A stretch of 64,000 bases of DNA from Octopus vulgaris (Eukaryota): NCBI GenBank assembly GCA_951406725.2, contig OX597822.1, forward strand, positions 85,002,001-85,066,000, in the 5' to 3' direction. The position numbers were made by a program, and so were the translations under genes. The notes below the pieces were generated by a model, which saw only the letters and a program-made list of their open reading frames with translations, had not been told where the DNA came from and did no database searches. Numbering within the stretch: the stretch's first letter is position 1; the number at the start of each line of letters is the position of its first letter. Of the stretch, positions 51,104-63,180 are shown one piece after another.

Positions 51104-52463
51104 TTAACAGATTGATCAGATTTTCGTTATTAAAAGTTCACAAACGCTAAAAGCATTTCCCCCCATTCAGACTCGAATGATTAGACGTCCTTTTGGCAGG
51201 TCTGTGAGACTTATAGTAAAGCACATCTAAGCCAAACATATACGTGTGTGTGTGTGCGTGTGTGTGTGTGTAAAAGTACACTATTTATTATGGTGTAACA
51301 TATGTAATACACATCAACAGATGTTATACTTGTTCTGTGATAGAGTTCCATCTTTTCATGTAAAACTATCTTTAACGTTCAGAACCGGTTTTCATTCCTG
51401 TAGAATTAGAATTACATGAAAAAAAATAAAAGAAATTACTTACATTGGTCTCACCTATATTTATGTAATATATAGAAATGTTATACACACATACACACAC
51501 CTATGTACATACCCAAACTATGTACGAAATATCTCAACGCTAACATCGATTAAACTTTGGAAATACGTTCCAGCTCGCATATCAAACGTATATGCACACC
51601 CCTATGATGAATGTGTGTGTGTGTGTATGTATGTGTGTGTGTGTATGTGTGTGCGCGCGTGTATAATCGTCTAAGAATCCATGAGCAAAAAAAGAAATAT
51701 ATGCACTCGTTTATTTGTCAATAGAGCGGGTATATTACTCAGAAAGTATACAGTATTACAGATTCCTTTCAGCCAAACGTTTTCTGAGATTTTCTAAAGC
51801 CTCGGGTAAAGACGGGTATTGCTTTATTTAGGCCAGGAACTCTGAGTGGATTCCATCATACTCAGTGCTCCACAAGTATTTATTTTTATCGAGCTAAGAA
51901 AGATGAGAGGCAAAGTCGACCTTCGTCGTATTTGAAAACTCAGACCAAAGAACCGGAAGACAAATCTGCAAAGCGTTTTGTCCGACGCGTTAATGATTCC
52001 GCCTGCTCACCGCTTTGGCTTTTCGTATAATATTAGAAGGATTCTGGACTAATTGAAAGGAAGCAACATGTCAGGCTGGTTCTTTTTTTTTATAATCTTA
52101 CATATATGAAAGTCATACAATTTTCTCTTTTCTTCTTACTGCTGCCGCTGCTCCGGTTGATGTTGTTGTATTTGGTGATGCAGTCGATGATGTTGTAGCC
52201 TGAGGAGCATGTTACCTCACACCGTATTTACCTTTGGCAAAAAAACAGCTTTTAGATATACCAGTCCTTCGGCCAGTCGAAGACCATATATTATTTAATG
52301 CATCCTGGAGAGTGGTATTTCAAGGGAGATAAGGCCAATATTTCTAGCAAGTCAAGAGATGAAATAGGTGTTCGGTCATTTGATTTTTGTACTCCTTTAG
52401 ATTCTGGTGCGGTCACAGCAGAGGTGAACATGTCGTTCTTGGTGAGAACTCAGTGAGTTCCTG

Positions 52464-52878
52464 TTTATCCTTTTATCTTTTATTTGCTTTGGTCATTAGA
52501 CTGCGGCCATGCTGGAGTACCGCCTTGTAGAATTTTTAGTCGAATGAATTGAACCCCAGCACTTATTTTTAAAAGACTGTTACTTATTCTATCGGTCTCT
52601 TTTGCCGTACCGTTAGGTTATGGGTGCGTAAACACACCAACACAGGTAGTCTGGCGGTGATAGTGGGGAGCAAACATAGACACAAAAACGCATACACACA
52701 CACGTGACAAGCTTCTTTCAGTTTCCGTCTACCAAATCTACACACAAGATTTTATAGAAGACTTTATAGATTTTATAGAAGACAGTTGCCACGCAGCGGG
52801 ACTGAAGATGCCACGCAGTGGGACTGAACCCAAAATAATTTGGTTGGAAAGCAAACTTCTTACCAAACAGCCACGCCT
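52464..52878 (-). mobile_element. SINE family A with two internal tandem duplications
   Basis: Tail to head on the minus strand; AGA.TTTATAGAAGAC and TGCCACGCAG.GGGACTGAA are each duplicated. Confidence 0.85.
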
Positions 52879-53897
52879 ACTGAATCTGTTTTGAAATTAT
52901 CTCCCTTTTCTTTCAGAATCGCAAATAATTGCCTCTAGGATTTTCTTTTCTTTCTTCTTACAAGAAAAAAAGAATAGAAGAAAATCCAGTTAATTAAGGA
53001 TCCAATTAATTAAGAATGCTTTGCATTCAGTGTATCCACCCATTTAATATTTCTTTTTAAAAAATTGATACCATGATTCATTTGAATTATTTCACTTAGC
53101 TCCTTTTAATTTTTAAAGTTCAAATACCTCTGAGAATCACTGGTAAGAACAACACCAATAACAAGTAAGAAGAAAAAAAAACTACAGTTTCAAAATTAAT
53201 TGAAAAAATTCTTAAGTTTCCCGTCCAAGAGTCGTGCTGTGATGAGCCACTCGGATGGATTTTGTTTTTATACGCGTGCAATATATCCCAACACAAAATT
53301 AGCGTCAAAGCTTCTTGAGGAAAATATGCTTAGCTTATTTCAGCCGAATGCAGCTACAAATAATATTTAGTTATTATAACTGAGGATTACAATTACAGAA
53401 AAATTTAGACTTTTCTTTAAAAAAAAAAAAAAAAAAAAAAAGCAAAAGCTTGTATGACAAACATCGGTCTTACCGGCGTCCCCATATTTTGCTCAGATCA
53501 AATGTAGTTTCATTGATATCTAGATTGTAACGTATTTAAAAAGCGATACGAGGGAAGAGGGCGATGAGAAACTAGAGAGAAAGAAGGAAGAGTGATTTAT
53601 ATTTGGACATCGGGAGGCAATGTTATCCTATTTCGTTTCGTAGTTGCCGACATGTTTTTTGCATGCTCTCCTCATGAATATACGTGGGGGTATGAGCGTA
53701 TGTATCAGCATGAATGAATGTGCGTATGCATGTATAAGTGTGTGCATGTGCGTATGTTTATATATGTCAGTGTGGATGTATATGTACACCTTGGTTAATC
53801 AAATCAATTGACATTTCTCTTTTATCAATATCATTTTTCGTCATGGGAGATATCTTCCCTGTCTCTCCTCCTCCACCTTTTCTTTCTTTCTTTCTCC

Positions 53898-53938
<41 letters not shown>

Positions 53939-54414
53939 ACACACACAGCATGCATGTCTGCGTGTGTATGTCTGAACGCGTATTCTTATATAGTCATACG
54001 TGAGTGTTCAAGCATATACATCTCTACGTATACAAGTATGTACACACATAAAAATATTGCTTACATACACATACACTCACATACACACACACACACACAC
54101 ACACTCACATACCCATTTATGCACATATATTGCAAGCACACATACGCATACGAACCATCGGAGATGGCTCAACATCAATGGCTCCCAACCAGGGTCCACA
54201 TGACCGTTGGGAGTCCACATAAGACATCATTGCTAAAATTTATGCACAACAAACTGGTTATACTTCTGTCATACACAAAATATTTTTGATTTCTTTTATA
54301 CGATTCCGAATAATATTCAATTATGAAAACCTATCGATTTTTTTAAAGACCGAAGAGCTACGAGGGTCCGTCCGAATAGAACAGGAATCAAATACGTTAA
54401 AAAAATGGTTGAGA

Positions 54415-55270
54415 ACCGCAACTCTACATGGTCGCTTGAATTGCTAAAAGTAGCAGTCACATCTCAAAAACAGCGAAGGACACATTGAATAATCTTTTCT
54501 ACTATAGGCACAAGGCCTGAAATTTTGTGGTAGGGGACTAGTTGATTACATCGACCCCAGTGCGTAACTGGTACTTAATTTATCGACGCCGAAAGGATGA
54601 AAGCTAAAGTCGACCCCGGGACACATCGAATAATGTAGACCAGGAGGATGATCAGGAATCGAACAGCTTTCATCGAAGATATGATCGATCAGGATTGACT
54701 TAGAGCCAAACAACAACAGCAACGAAAATAATAGCTTACATTTTGGTCATTTCAAGGCTGGACGCTCAGTGTTCGAATTCTACCTTCCTCTTCACAATTT
54801 CTGTTAATTCTTAGTTTATTCCTGGTTACTTCAAGAACGTTTACATTTAGCCCCAGGCCAATCCAGATCGAGCATATACCTAATCAAAGTGTAGCAGCTG
54901 AAGCAACATACACGATTTTGTACACCAAGACTCTGTTGACCAATAAATCTTTATTCAATAAAAGGCAGCAGGTTGTGATTTGAGTGAAATTTGGCTACCC
55001 TTTTTAGCAGAGCAGTCGACTGCATAGAAGCTTCGCTCGTTCTCTTTTGCAGCTGTTGTTGTTAATGTTTAGCTCCAGGCCAGCTCTTATCCAGCACAAC
55101 TGTGATCAATAGCGTTCCAACCATAGTCATCCAGTTTTTTTCTTCTCCAGATAAATGTATAATAGATTATTTGATCTAAAATGTTCTTTGTTATGTAAAA
55201 TTCCAGGATGAGATTCGAGAGTGATTTGGTTGTTATTTCTAGCCGGACGAGTGACTAATTAGAGGTCCCC
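54415..55270. repeat. Cluster of three family D copies (54415-54720 +, 54845-55040 -, 55055-55270 -)
   Basis: Shared GCTA.AAA.AGCAG.CA core and ...GC.AAACAACAAC-type end. Confidence 0.6.
54494..54618 (-). mobile_element. 5'-truncated SINE family C with 16-bp TSD, inserted in a family D copy
   Basis: GGACACATTGAATAAT (54478-54493) / GGACACATCGAATAAT (54619-54634) flank the C 3' part. Confidence 0.88.
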
Positions 55271-56184
55271 TGCACTTTTCTAGCGTTTGTCTGTTAGGAA
55301 GGTATGAATGTAGCATATGCCTTTTCTTTTTCTCACCTTCCTTAAGCATCCCTTTTGCAGGATATGGTACTGTACCCTGTGAAAAGGCAGAGGGTGGAGA
55401 CGAAAACCGCAGCAAGAATATCTTCCTCAAGAAACAACGATAAAAATAAAAAGAAAAAGAAAAAAAATCATCATCGGTTCAGACCGGAAACGGAAATGCG
55501 TTTTTGAAACAAAGAATGTGAAACAATCATATATACAGCTTGCTTATTTGTGACACGATTCACTTGCATAAGAACATGAGAATGCGCATGAGTGTGTGTG
55601 TGTGTGTATGTGTGTGTGTGTGTTCGTGCGTTCGGGTGGTGGGGGGATCTAGAATTTTTCCCGCTGCTGTAGTTGAGAGTGAAAATCGTTTAAGCATGCA
55701 AAGTAATCGCACGGGAGTCAGACTGGAAATCAGTGCAACTGTACGAATAAACCTAAACCCATGCAGACAGTCAGTTATAAAAGATACCAACACACATGTA
55801 TATACGTTTAAAGAAATACACACACATACACACACACACGTGCGCACGCGCCTTTGCACATACACACACACGCATATATATCTATGTATGTGTAAATGCA
55901 AACACACAAAACCACACACGCTAAAACATAAAGACGGACATACCAACGCTCGCTTTGCACTTTGCAAGCCAATGGTTTCATATTCGGTTCTACTGTGCAG
56001 CATCTTGAGCAAGTCTCTTCAGTCATATCCCCAGCTGACAAATGCTTTGTCAGTGGAATCGTTAAAGTTCGCCGTGTGTGTGTGTGTATGTGTGTGTATT
56101 TCTTTGAACGTGTATACGTATGTGTTAGTATCCTTTATAATTATCTGTCTCTATGTGTGCGTGTGCACAGGCGCAAGCACACAC

Positions 56185-56398
56185 AAACCAACACCAACGG
56201 TAGTGGGGACAAACACAATTACACACACACACATCTATCTATATATATGCGACGGGCTTCTTTCAGTTTCCGTCTATCGAATCCACTCACAATGCTTTGG
56301 TCGGTCCAAGGCTGTAGTAGAAGGCACTTGCCCATAGTACCACCCGGAACGAGATGGTTGGGATGCAGACTTCTTACCACACAGCTACACCTGCGCCT
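56185..56398 (-). mobile_element. SINE family A, 5' portion
   Basis: CGACGGGCTTCTTTCAGTTTCCGTCTA...CTTCTTACCACACAGCTACACCTGCGCC. Confidence 0.85.
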
Positions 56399-57838
56399 AC
56401 TAGGGGTCAAATACACAACACTTCTTCCTTCATTAAAAACCAACAAAAATGTCTGTGAGCCCAGTCATGAAACACGAGTAATCATCATCGCCCGGCAAGA
56501 GAAAAAGATGCTCTGTGGTAAGTCACAACACATAAAGAGTTACGGATCAGCACAATCCTTTAATTAGACAGAAATTTTTAATTAGGGATTAGATGGAGAG
56601 TCCGGCTTTTTGAGTTCATATCTCACCGAAGACAGCTTTACAATTTTTAGTCTTTCGGAGTTGATACATCAAAGTATCAGTCTAAAATGGTGGATTAGTG
56701 AAATTAATCGAAGGTCAGACGAGATGATTTCTGGTGTCTGTTCTGGTCAATGGCTAGGATTAATCACTAGGTCACGTGACCACAACTGAGATGTGATTTG
56801 TGACTGAAAACTGGATGACGACGACAATGACGATGATGATCATGAGATGATGGGTTTGTGTGGAAAGAGGAGATAGTGGTTGTTATAATGGTCGTGACTA
56901 TGTCCAGGTACGCATTAGGGGGCCATAAAAAGCTACATCGGTAAATTCTTCTCTGAAAAATCTTGTAAATGGTCCGTCTGTAGAATCGCTAGAAATTTGA
57001 CTCAACTCTTGTCAATCGTTATTCTGTTACTATAGTAACATCAGACAAACGCAGGGACACAAGCACGCACTGATGTATAACCATTCTTGTTATTTAATCT
57101 TATGTCAACAATAAAGGGCGTTAAAGCGCCAGAAAGAGAGCCTCGGTTTGAACACCTTACAGGGTTTTGTTACGGGCCTTTACTGTTTAAATTTCAAAGG
57201 TCTGTCAAGTGAGTCTTACCTTTCATTTCATCTCCTCCATAGAAGTGGTCGGTTATAGAAGTACTAGGAGGAGGAGGAGGAATCAATATGAATCGGTTAT
57301 ATATATATATCTCTCTCTGTCCCTCCAAACCAATCCCGTGACCTTGCGTTGAAGTCAGAAATCAATAACAAGGAAACGCCCTGCATTTTGCCTTCCGAAT
57401 CAGATTGCACACAAAGAAGGTCTCAATGTAAAGCATCCGAACTTTGAGGGTGGGGGCGGGGGTGGCTGGATGAGGAGAGAATCAACTAAAGAAAAAGACG
57501 AAAAAAACAAAGCCGTTTCTCTTGCTCATTTTACAAGTAATTACGTTTCTGAGATGTGCTTCTCACTAAACAGCATCTGTCGTGCAATGAGTACCCCACC
57601 CCACCACCTATGATAGATACACTCCTCATAGAAGGACCCTGTTAACAGTGAGAAGTAATTGATACACTTAAGAGATTCTCTGGGACAACAGAAAGATTTC
57701 AAGTTTATATATATGGAGATGTACAAAAAAACATAAATCCGAAAGAAGAAGCACGCTCTAAGATGTAGAGCAGTAGATATTAAAAATGGGGAACGCCGGT
57801 TTATAGGATTACCTGAAGTTTTCCCGTCCCAAAATATA

Positions 57839-57878
<40 letters not shown>

Positions 57879-58019
57879 CACACACACACGTGTGTATCTG
57901 TGTGTGCGTATACAAATATAATTACATGTAATGTCGAACGAACGACAATGGAGTGTTCAATACATATAGTAGAAGATATAGTTTTTTTAATCAAATCTAC
58001 ACACACACACACACACATA

Positions 58020-58319
58020 TATATATTTTTTCCTTGTGTAGTTTGTCTTGTACTCTATTTTTCTGTTGTAAAAAAATGGTTTGTTCCATGCTTGTTTTTC
58101 CGTTTTCGTTTCTCGTTGAGTTCTACGTCTATTTGTGGTGTCCTGTACTCACGTATATATATATTTATATATGCATGTATATATACATGTAGATGTAGGT
58201 ACGTACATATATGTATGTATGTATGCATATATTTTATTTATTACACTATTGTATGACAGCGCCCTCGTGTCGACTCGATTCGATTCGTTCGTTTCGTTCC
58301 GTTCTTCTTCTCCAAGTAC

Positions 58320-58327
<8 letters not shown>
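58020..58327 (+). mobile_element. TA-flanked copy of the 3760-3965 repeat
   Basis: TGTACTCTATTTTT...GTTTTCGTTTCTC...GGTGTCCTGTAC...GCATGTATATATACATGTAGA.GTAGGTA.GTACATATATGTATG. Confidence 0.78.
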
Positions 58328-58354
<27 letters not shown>

Positions 58355-59381
58355 ATCACATCTGTCTGAAGAACGGTTGCGTGAAACTGAGTAATTGTTT
58401 GTGATTTTTCAGATTTAATGAAATAGTATCTAAATGTGTGTGCGTGTGTGTGTGTTTGGTCTTTGTTTCTGTCCCCGTAACTTAACGGTTCAGCAAAAGT
58501 GAAAGATAGAATAAGTACGAAACTTAAGAAAAAGATAATACAAAACATGTGTACAAGTAAAAGAAAGAAAGAAAAAAAAAAGCTCTTCAGAGTGGTGCCC
58601 CAGCATGACCGGAGACCAGGGATTGAGGCGAATGAAACAATAGATATACTGAAGTACAAGCATTTATAGACATTCATCCACACACATACGCGCGCACACA
58701 TCGCATTCGGATATTTTAAGATAGCAAATATTTAGGGGGAAAAAAAAACTCAATTTGTAAAATCTTGAGAAAGAAAGAAAAATTGTGAATGGTTTAAGGA
58801 AAGATATTTAGAAAGAGAATTGTTAGAGAGAGAGGGAGAGAGAGGGGGAGAGAGGGAGAGAAAGAGTGGAAAGGGAAGAAGTTTGATGTCGTCAACTACA
58901 AATTGTTTTTAGTAGTGTGAGAGAAATGATGAATTTATTTAGTAGTCACACATAGTAGTAGTAGTAGTAGTAGTAGTAGTAATAGTAGTCACACATAGTA
59001 GTAGTAGTAGTAAGTGGTGGTGGTGGAGGAGGACAGCAGCCTATAATAAACTGCCTTATGACACTCGAAGAAGCACGTGTGAGGAACTTTAAATTGTAAA
59101 TCTGCAGGGTGTGTGTGGAGGGCGGGGGCGGTTTTAATGCTTGGAAGGGAAATGTAGACGAAAAAGAGAAAAAAATAACGGAATCATCTATTGAAGAAAT
59201 GAACAGAAATAAACAAAAATCGTCTACGTCCGCGCGAACGCGGCGTTTGCATGCGTGTGTGCGTATGTGAGAATGTGTCTGTTTGTGTACGTACGTGACT
59301 TCGGGACTTCATGTTCTACATCGGATTACCAACAAATATGCGAGTTTGTGTTGGCCGAAACTTATCCAAGTGTACTTTTAC

Positions 59382-59433
<52 letters not shown>

Positions 59434-59438
<5 letters not shown>

Positions 59439-59612
59439 GATCCAAACATGAAAACACAAAGAGAAAACACAACAACGCGAGGACGTGGAACAAATATAGT
59501 ATTATTGGACGCTCAGGAAGGAGGCTTTAACGTTTCGAGCGGAGCTCTTCGTCAGAAACATAGGAAAAAGAAAGATCCAGAGAAGGGAAGACGGAGGAAA
59601 AAAATCGCCAAC

Positions 59613-59613
<1 letters not shown>
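59434..59613 (-). mobile_element. ~180-bp element between two (TA)n runs carrying a minimal hammerhead ribozyme
   Basis: (TA)n at 59385-59434 and 59614-59650; second partial copy at 45762-45860. Confidence 0.8.
59524..59559 (-). ncRNA. Minimal type I hammerhead ribozyme motif
   Basis: Minus strand GTTT-CTGACGA-A-GAGC-tcc-GCTC-GAAACGTT-AAAGC: intact CUGANGA and GAAA cores, perfect stem II, palindromic ACGU stem III, short U-A stem I. Confidence 0.75.
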
Positions 59614-59649
<36 letters not shown>

Positions 59650-59652
<3 letters not shown>

Positions 59653-60030
59653 TGATAAGTGCAGGACGTCACCAACTGTGCAAACAACATGAAATGCGTA
59701 AATACAGGACAAGTAAACAGAGAGAAAGGACCCTTCATCAGTTGTCAGCTGTCTATCTACTTCTCATTTCGAGCATTCAACGACAATATGAGTCTTCAAA
59801 GAATGTTGCTCCCATAAATGCTAAAATAAAATTTAGGTTTTATGGATGGTCAAAGTTGGGAACAAGATCATGACAGTGGAGACATACAAGGAAACCGAAC
59901 GAAAACAAATATGGAGGGCCGTTAGACCAGAACGAGAGGAAAACGCTGGGAGAAATATTTTCTTTGAAAAGAGAAAAGATAGAAGAGAGAGAAATAAAAC
60001 GTCCACTCTTTTGAACTTCCTGGATCCTAC
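59650..60030 (-). mobile_element. Diverged copy of the 3540-3790 repeat
   Basis: Minus strand AAATTTTATTT...TCGAAATGAGAAGTAGAT...CTGATGAAGGG parallels 3645-3752. Confidence 0.6.
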
Positions 60031-60036
60031 CGTCAT

Positions 60037-60069
<33 letters not shown>

Positions 60070-60224
60070 ATATGTAAATCCGAATCTTTTCTGTTTGACT
60101 TTCACTTTTCAATTCCTTCTATTTTGTTCGAATTGATTTCAAATTTGATGTATTGATGTAGTTTTGTATGCTAATTATGGATGAGATTTTTCATTTTTGC
60201 CTTTAATAAATAATAAATTAATAG

Positions 60225-60400
60225 CTTTTGGCTAAGATTAAAGTGTAATATCCGTTCTTATCAGCTTAATATCTGTTACGGTCCCTATTTGGGACCATCG
60301 ATATTAAACTGATTTTTAGAACGGGGCAAGGAGTTAGGGGCTTGCTCTGCCTTTGTCACGGCTTGGCTTGTTATTGCAGTACTTCCAGTATTCAGCCCAT
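60225..60400 (+). pseudogene. U2: U2 snRNA retropseudogene (lacking about the first 13 nt)
   Basis: CTTTTGGCTAAGAT.AAAGTGTA.TATC.GTTCTTATCAGCTTAATATCTG.TACG, stem IIb GGTCCC/GGGACC, Sm-like GATTTTTAG, loop IV TATTGCAGTAC; the branch-point recognition GTAGTA reads GTAATA. Confidence 0.93.
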
Positions 60401-60460
60401 TTAAAGTGGTGCTCCAGCATGGCCGCAGTCAAATGACTTAAACAAGTAAAAGAGTAAAAA
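60401..60460 (+). mobile_element. Family A SINE 3' tail fused to the U2 copy
   Basis: TAAAGTGGTGCTCCAGCATGGCCGCAGTCAAATGACTTAAACAAGTAAAAGAGTAAA nearly matches ~21293-21349. Confidence 0.92.
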
Positions 60461-61179
60461 AGCTTTTACAATTTGCAAATTTTGAGTAATTTTAGCTAAT
60501 AGAAAGCCATAGACTTATGGGTGTCTGTTTCCATAGTAACAAACCAAGCTGTTGTGTAGTCTGTTTACCCTTTTGTATTTTATGGAGATATTGAAAAACG
60601 AGGAGGATGCGGTTGATCGGGAAGGCCCATGATCAAAAGGAGCATTCTAACGGTGAACGCCTCACAGTTTTAGAGGGTTCTAGGATTGCCATAATTAAAC
60701 ATTCCTTTCCTCATTTTATGACGTTCGGGTGTTCTTTGGGATGTAATTTAGCTACTTTTTCCAACGTTTCGATTGTTTCATGAACTGAACCATAGCTTCT
60801 TTCTTCGCAATTTAACGTTGCATGCCTCTTCCAACACTTCACACGACTCATTAAAACTTATTAAATCTTCCATTCTTGAATGTTTTGTCATCACAATGTT
60901 GTCATCAGTTGTCGTAATGTTATCATCATGCACAAAATGCAAGCTTCCAAATCCTGTTTTCTGATTGGGTAAAAGTTATGAAACTTTAAAACTCTGAAAA
61001 GTTTTTCTAACATTTTTTTTTCTGCAACAAGTGAATAACAACAAGATTCAGCGTGAAAATTTACATCAATATACCAAATTTGAAAATTTTCACTTAATTT
61101 TAAAATTTCAAAAAGCAAGCAGAAATCCATTTCGTAATTAACACGAGTTGATGTTTCTTGGATATCTAACTATCTATCT

Positions 61180-61371
61180 ATTTTCTTGTTTCAGTCATTC
61201 GATTGCGGCCATGCTGGGGCACCACCTTAAAGGGTTTTTAGTCGAAGAAATTGACCCCAGGACTCATTCTTTGTATGCCTAGTACTTATTCTATCGGTCT
61301 CTTTTGCCGAACCTCTAAGTTACGGGGACGTAAACACATCAGCATTGGTTGTCAAGCGATATTGGGAGGGA

Positions 61372-61415
<44 letters not shown>

Positions 61416-61745
61416 CGACAGGCTTCTTTCAACTTCTGTCTACCAAATCCACTCACAAAGCTTTGGTCGGCTTGAGGCTATAGTAGAATGTGCTTATACA
61501 GTGGCACTGAACCCGGAACCGTGTGGTTGGGAAACAAGCTTCTTACCACACAGCCACATATATAATGCACGCCTGTGTCTCGGTGCGATGGCTTTCTTTC
61601 AGTTTCCGCCTACCAAATCCATTCACAAGGCTTTGATCGGCCCGAGGGTATAGTAAAAGACACTTGCCCAAGGTCCCATGCAGTGAGACTGAACCCAAAA
61701 CCTTATTGTTGGGAAGGAAACTCCTTATCACACAGCCACGTCTGT
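61180..61745 (-). mobile_element. SINE family A (61180-61558) plus an adjacent second 5' half (61588-61745)
   Basis: Two CTTTCA..TTC.G.CTACCAAATCCA.TCACAA.GCTTTG.TCGG...CACACAGCCAC blocks. Confidence 0.88.
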
Positions 61746-61820
61746 ACCTATATATAATTCAATATAATGTAAGTTGTGTACCTATATATAATTCAATATA
61801 TATGTACCTATATATAATAT
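61743..61820. repeat. Short minisatellite, three copies of TGTACCTATATATAAT(TCAATATA)
   Basis: Directly visible. Confidence 0.85.
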
Positions 61821-63145
61821 TATGGTATAACATAAAGCAAGGTTGTGGCGTACTCTGATCGAGTATTGCCGCGTATGGTGTAGCGCTCTTGAGTAATACA
61901 GTAACGTATTAAATATTGTGGGTTAATGTAGGATTGTGGAGGTGTAATAGTGCATCAGTGTTGTAGTGTGATGTGGGGCGACGTGACGTAAGGCAGTATA
62001 ATACTGTAGTGTGCATTTCTAGTGAAAATATTCTGAAGATAGTAAAATGGAAGAACCCGAAAAATCGTTTGATTTATAAATATTTGTTAAGCATTCCTTC
62101 TGTTAAAATTTCCGGATGAACACACCTCGCAGCAACATCAAACTCCTTCTGTCATCAAATGCCACATATCAAGTAGTGAAAGTGTAGCAAAGCTAACGGT
62201 GGTGCTCCAGCATGGCAGAAGCACTCGAGCCGAAACTAATTCAAGAAAAATAGAATTTATATTACAGTTTGTTTCCCGTTCTAATTTCACAACCTAACGG
62301 TGTTGGTTTTACCGATTCGAGAAGTAAGAACGGTAATGTAAGTCTGGTGAGTTTCGATAAATTTATTGTGTCGTGGTAAAAAGAAGGATTTGCCTTTTTA
62401 GAAAAACAGACTTCTCTGAGAAACAAACGGCACATTGATCGTCTGTCATCGCTCGTCTGTGATATCATTAAACCTGGATAGCAAACGGAAAGATGATACA
62501 ACGAAGAGGAGCGGTGAAGTGAGGGCAAAGCAAGACCCTTAGTCCTCCATAAATATTTGTAGGAGCAACAGCGAGCAACTACGCTGGTGTGCACTCACTG
62601 TGCAATGCGATTCATTTTCAATTTTTGGCTTTACCCAATTCACTTCAGTACTGCAGTCAGATAGTGAATGACTGTTGTCGAGTCAGTGTTTGCAAGATCA
62701 TCTTTGATGGTCTTGCAAAAACCTTGCAGGTCACAACTCAACCAGTTCATCTCCATTGACTGCCTCAGATTATAAATTCCAAATTACAAATGTAAAAGAT
62801 GGTTTCATGTTCTTGTACTTATTTAACTTTCATCGAAGCGGATCATGCCATCGAAACCACGCCAGCTTTGACCGTTTGGGCATTTAGACGAAGTGTATCT
62901 AAGACATATTAAGCAATGTATTCTTATCGTTTTTTAAGACAAAATGTATGACATGAGGCATAATTGACTGCCTTTTCAATATTTAGATTTTGAGACGTTC
63001 ATCCCCACCCATGTTTAAAATATCCGCCACAGTTTTTAAACACGCGCGCGCGCGTTTTTCAGTTGAAAAACTGCGCATGGGTGGGGGTCTGTATGTCCGT
63101 TAAACTGGCATGGTGCGTTTCGGAGGTGTATTATTTGATTTCTAC

Positions 63146-63180
<35 letters not shown>

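Noticed and set aside
52140-52199. Possible 60-nt minus-strand exon (AG...GTAAGA), Ser/Thr/Ala-rich
   Set aside because: Trinucleotide-like low complexity keeps all frames open; weak polypyrimidine tract and no partner exons.
53738-54289. 183-aa ORF
   Set aside because: Made of (CT)n and (CA)n low-complexity sequence; non-ATG start and no motif.
55540-56567. Longest ORFs in the track (265 aa and 201 aa)
   Set aside because: They run through CA/TG microsatellites and a family A SINE; VCVC/THTH translations with no domain.
62033-62070. CTGAAGA...CGAAA hammerhead candidate
   Set aside because: No credible stem II.
62689-62719. 14-bp hairpin TTTGCAAGATCATC-TTT-GATGGTCTTGCAAA
   Set aside because: Too short for a pre-miRNA and isolated; no further support.
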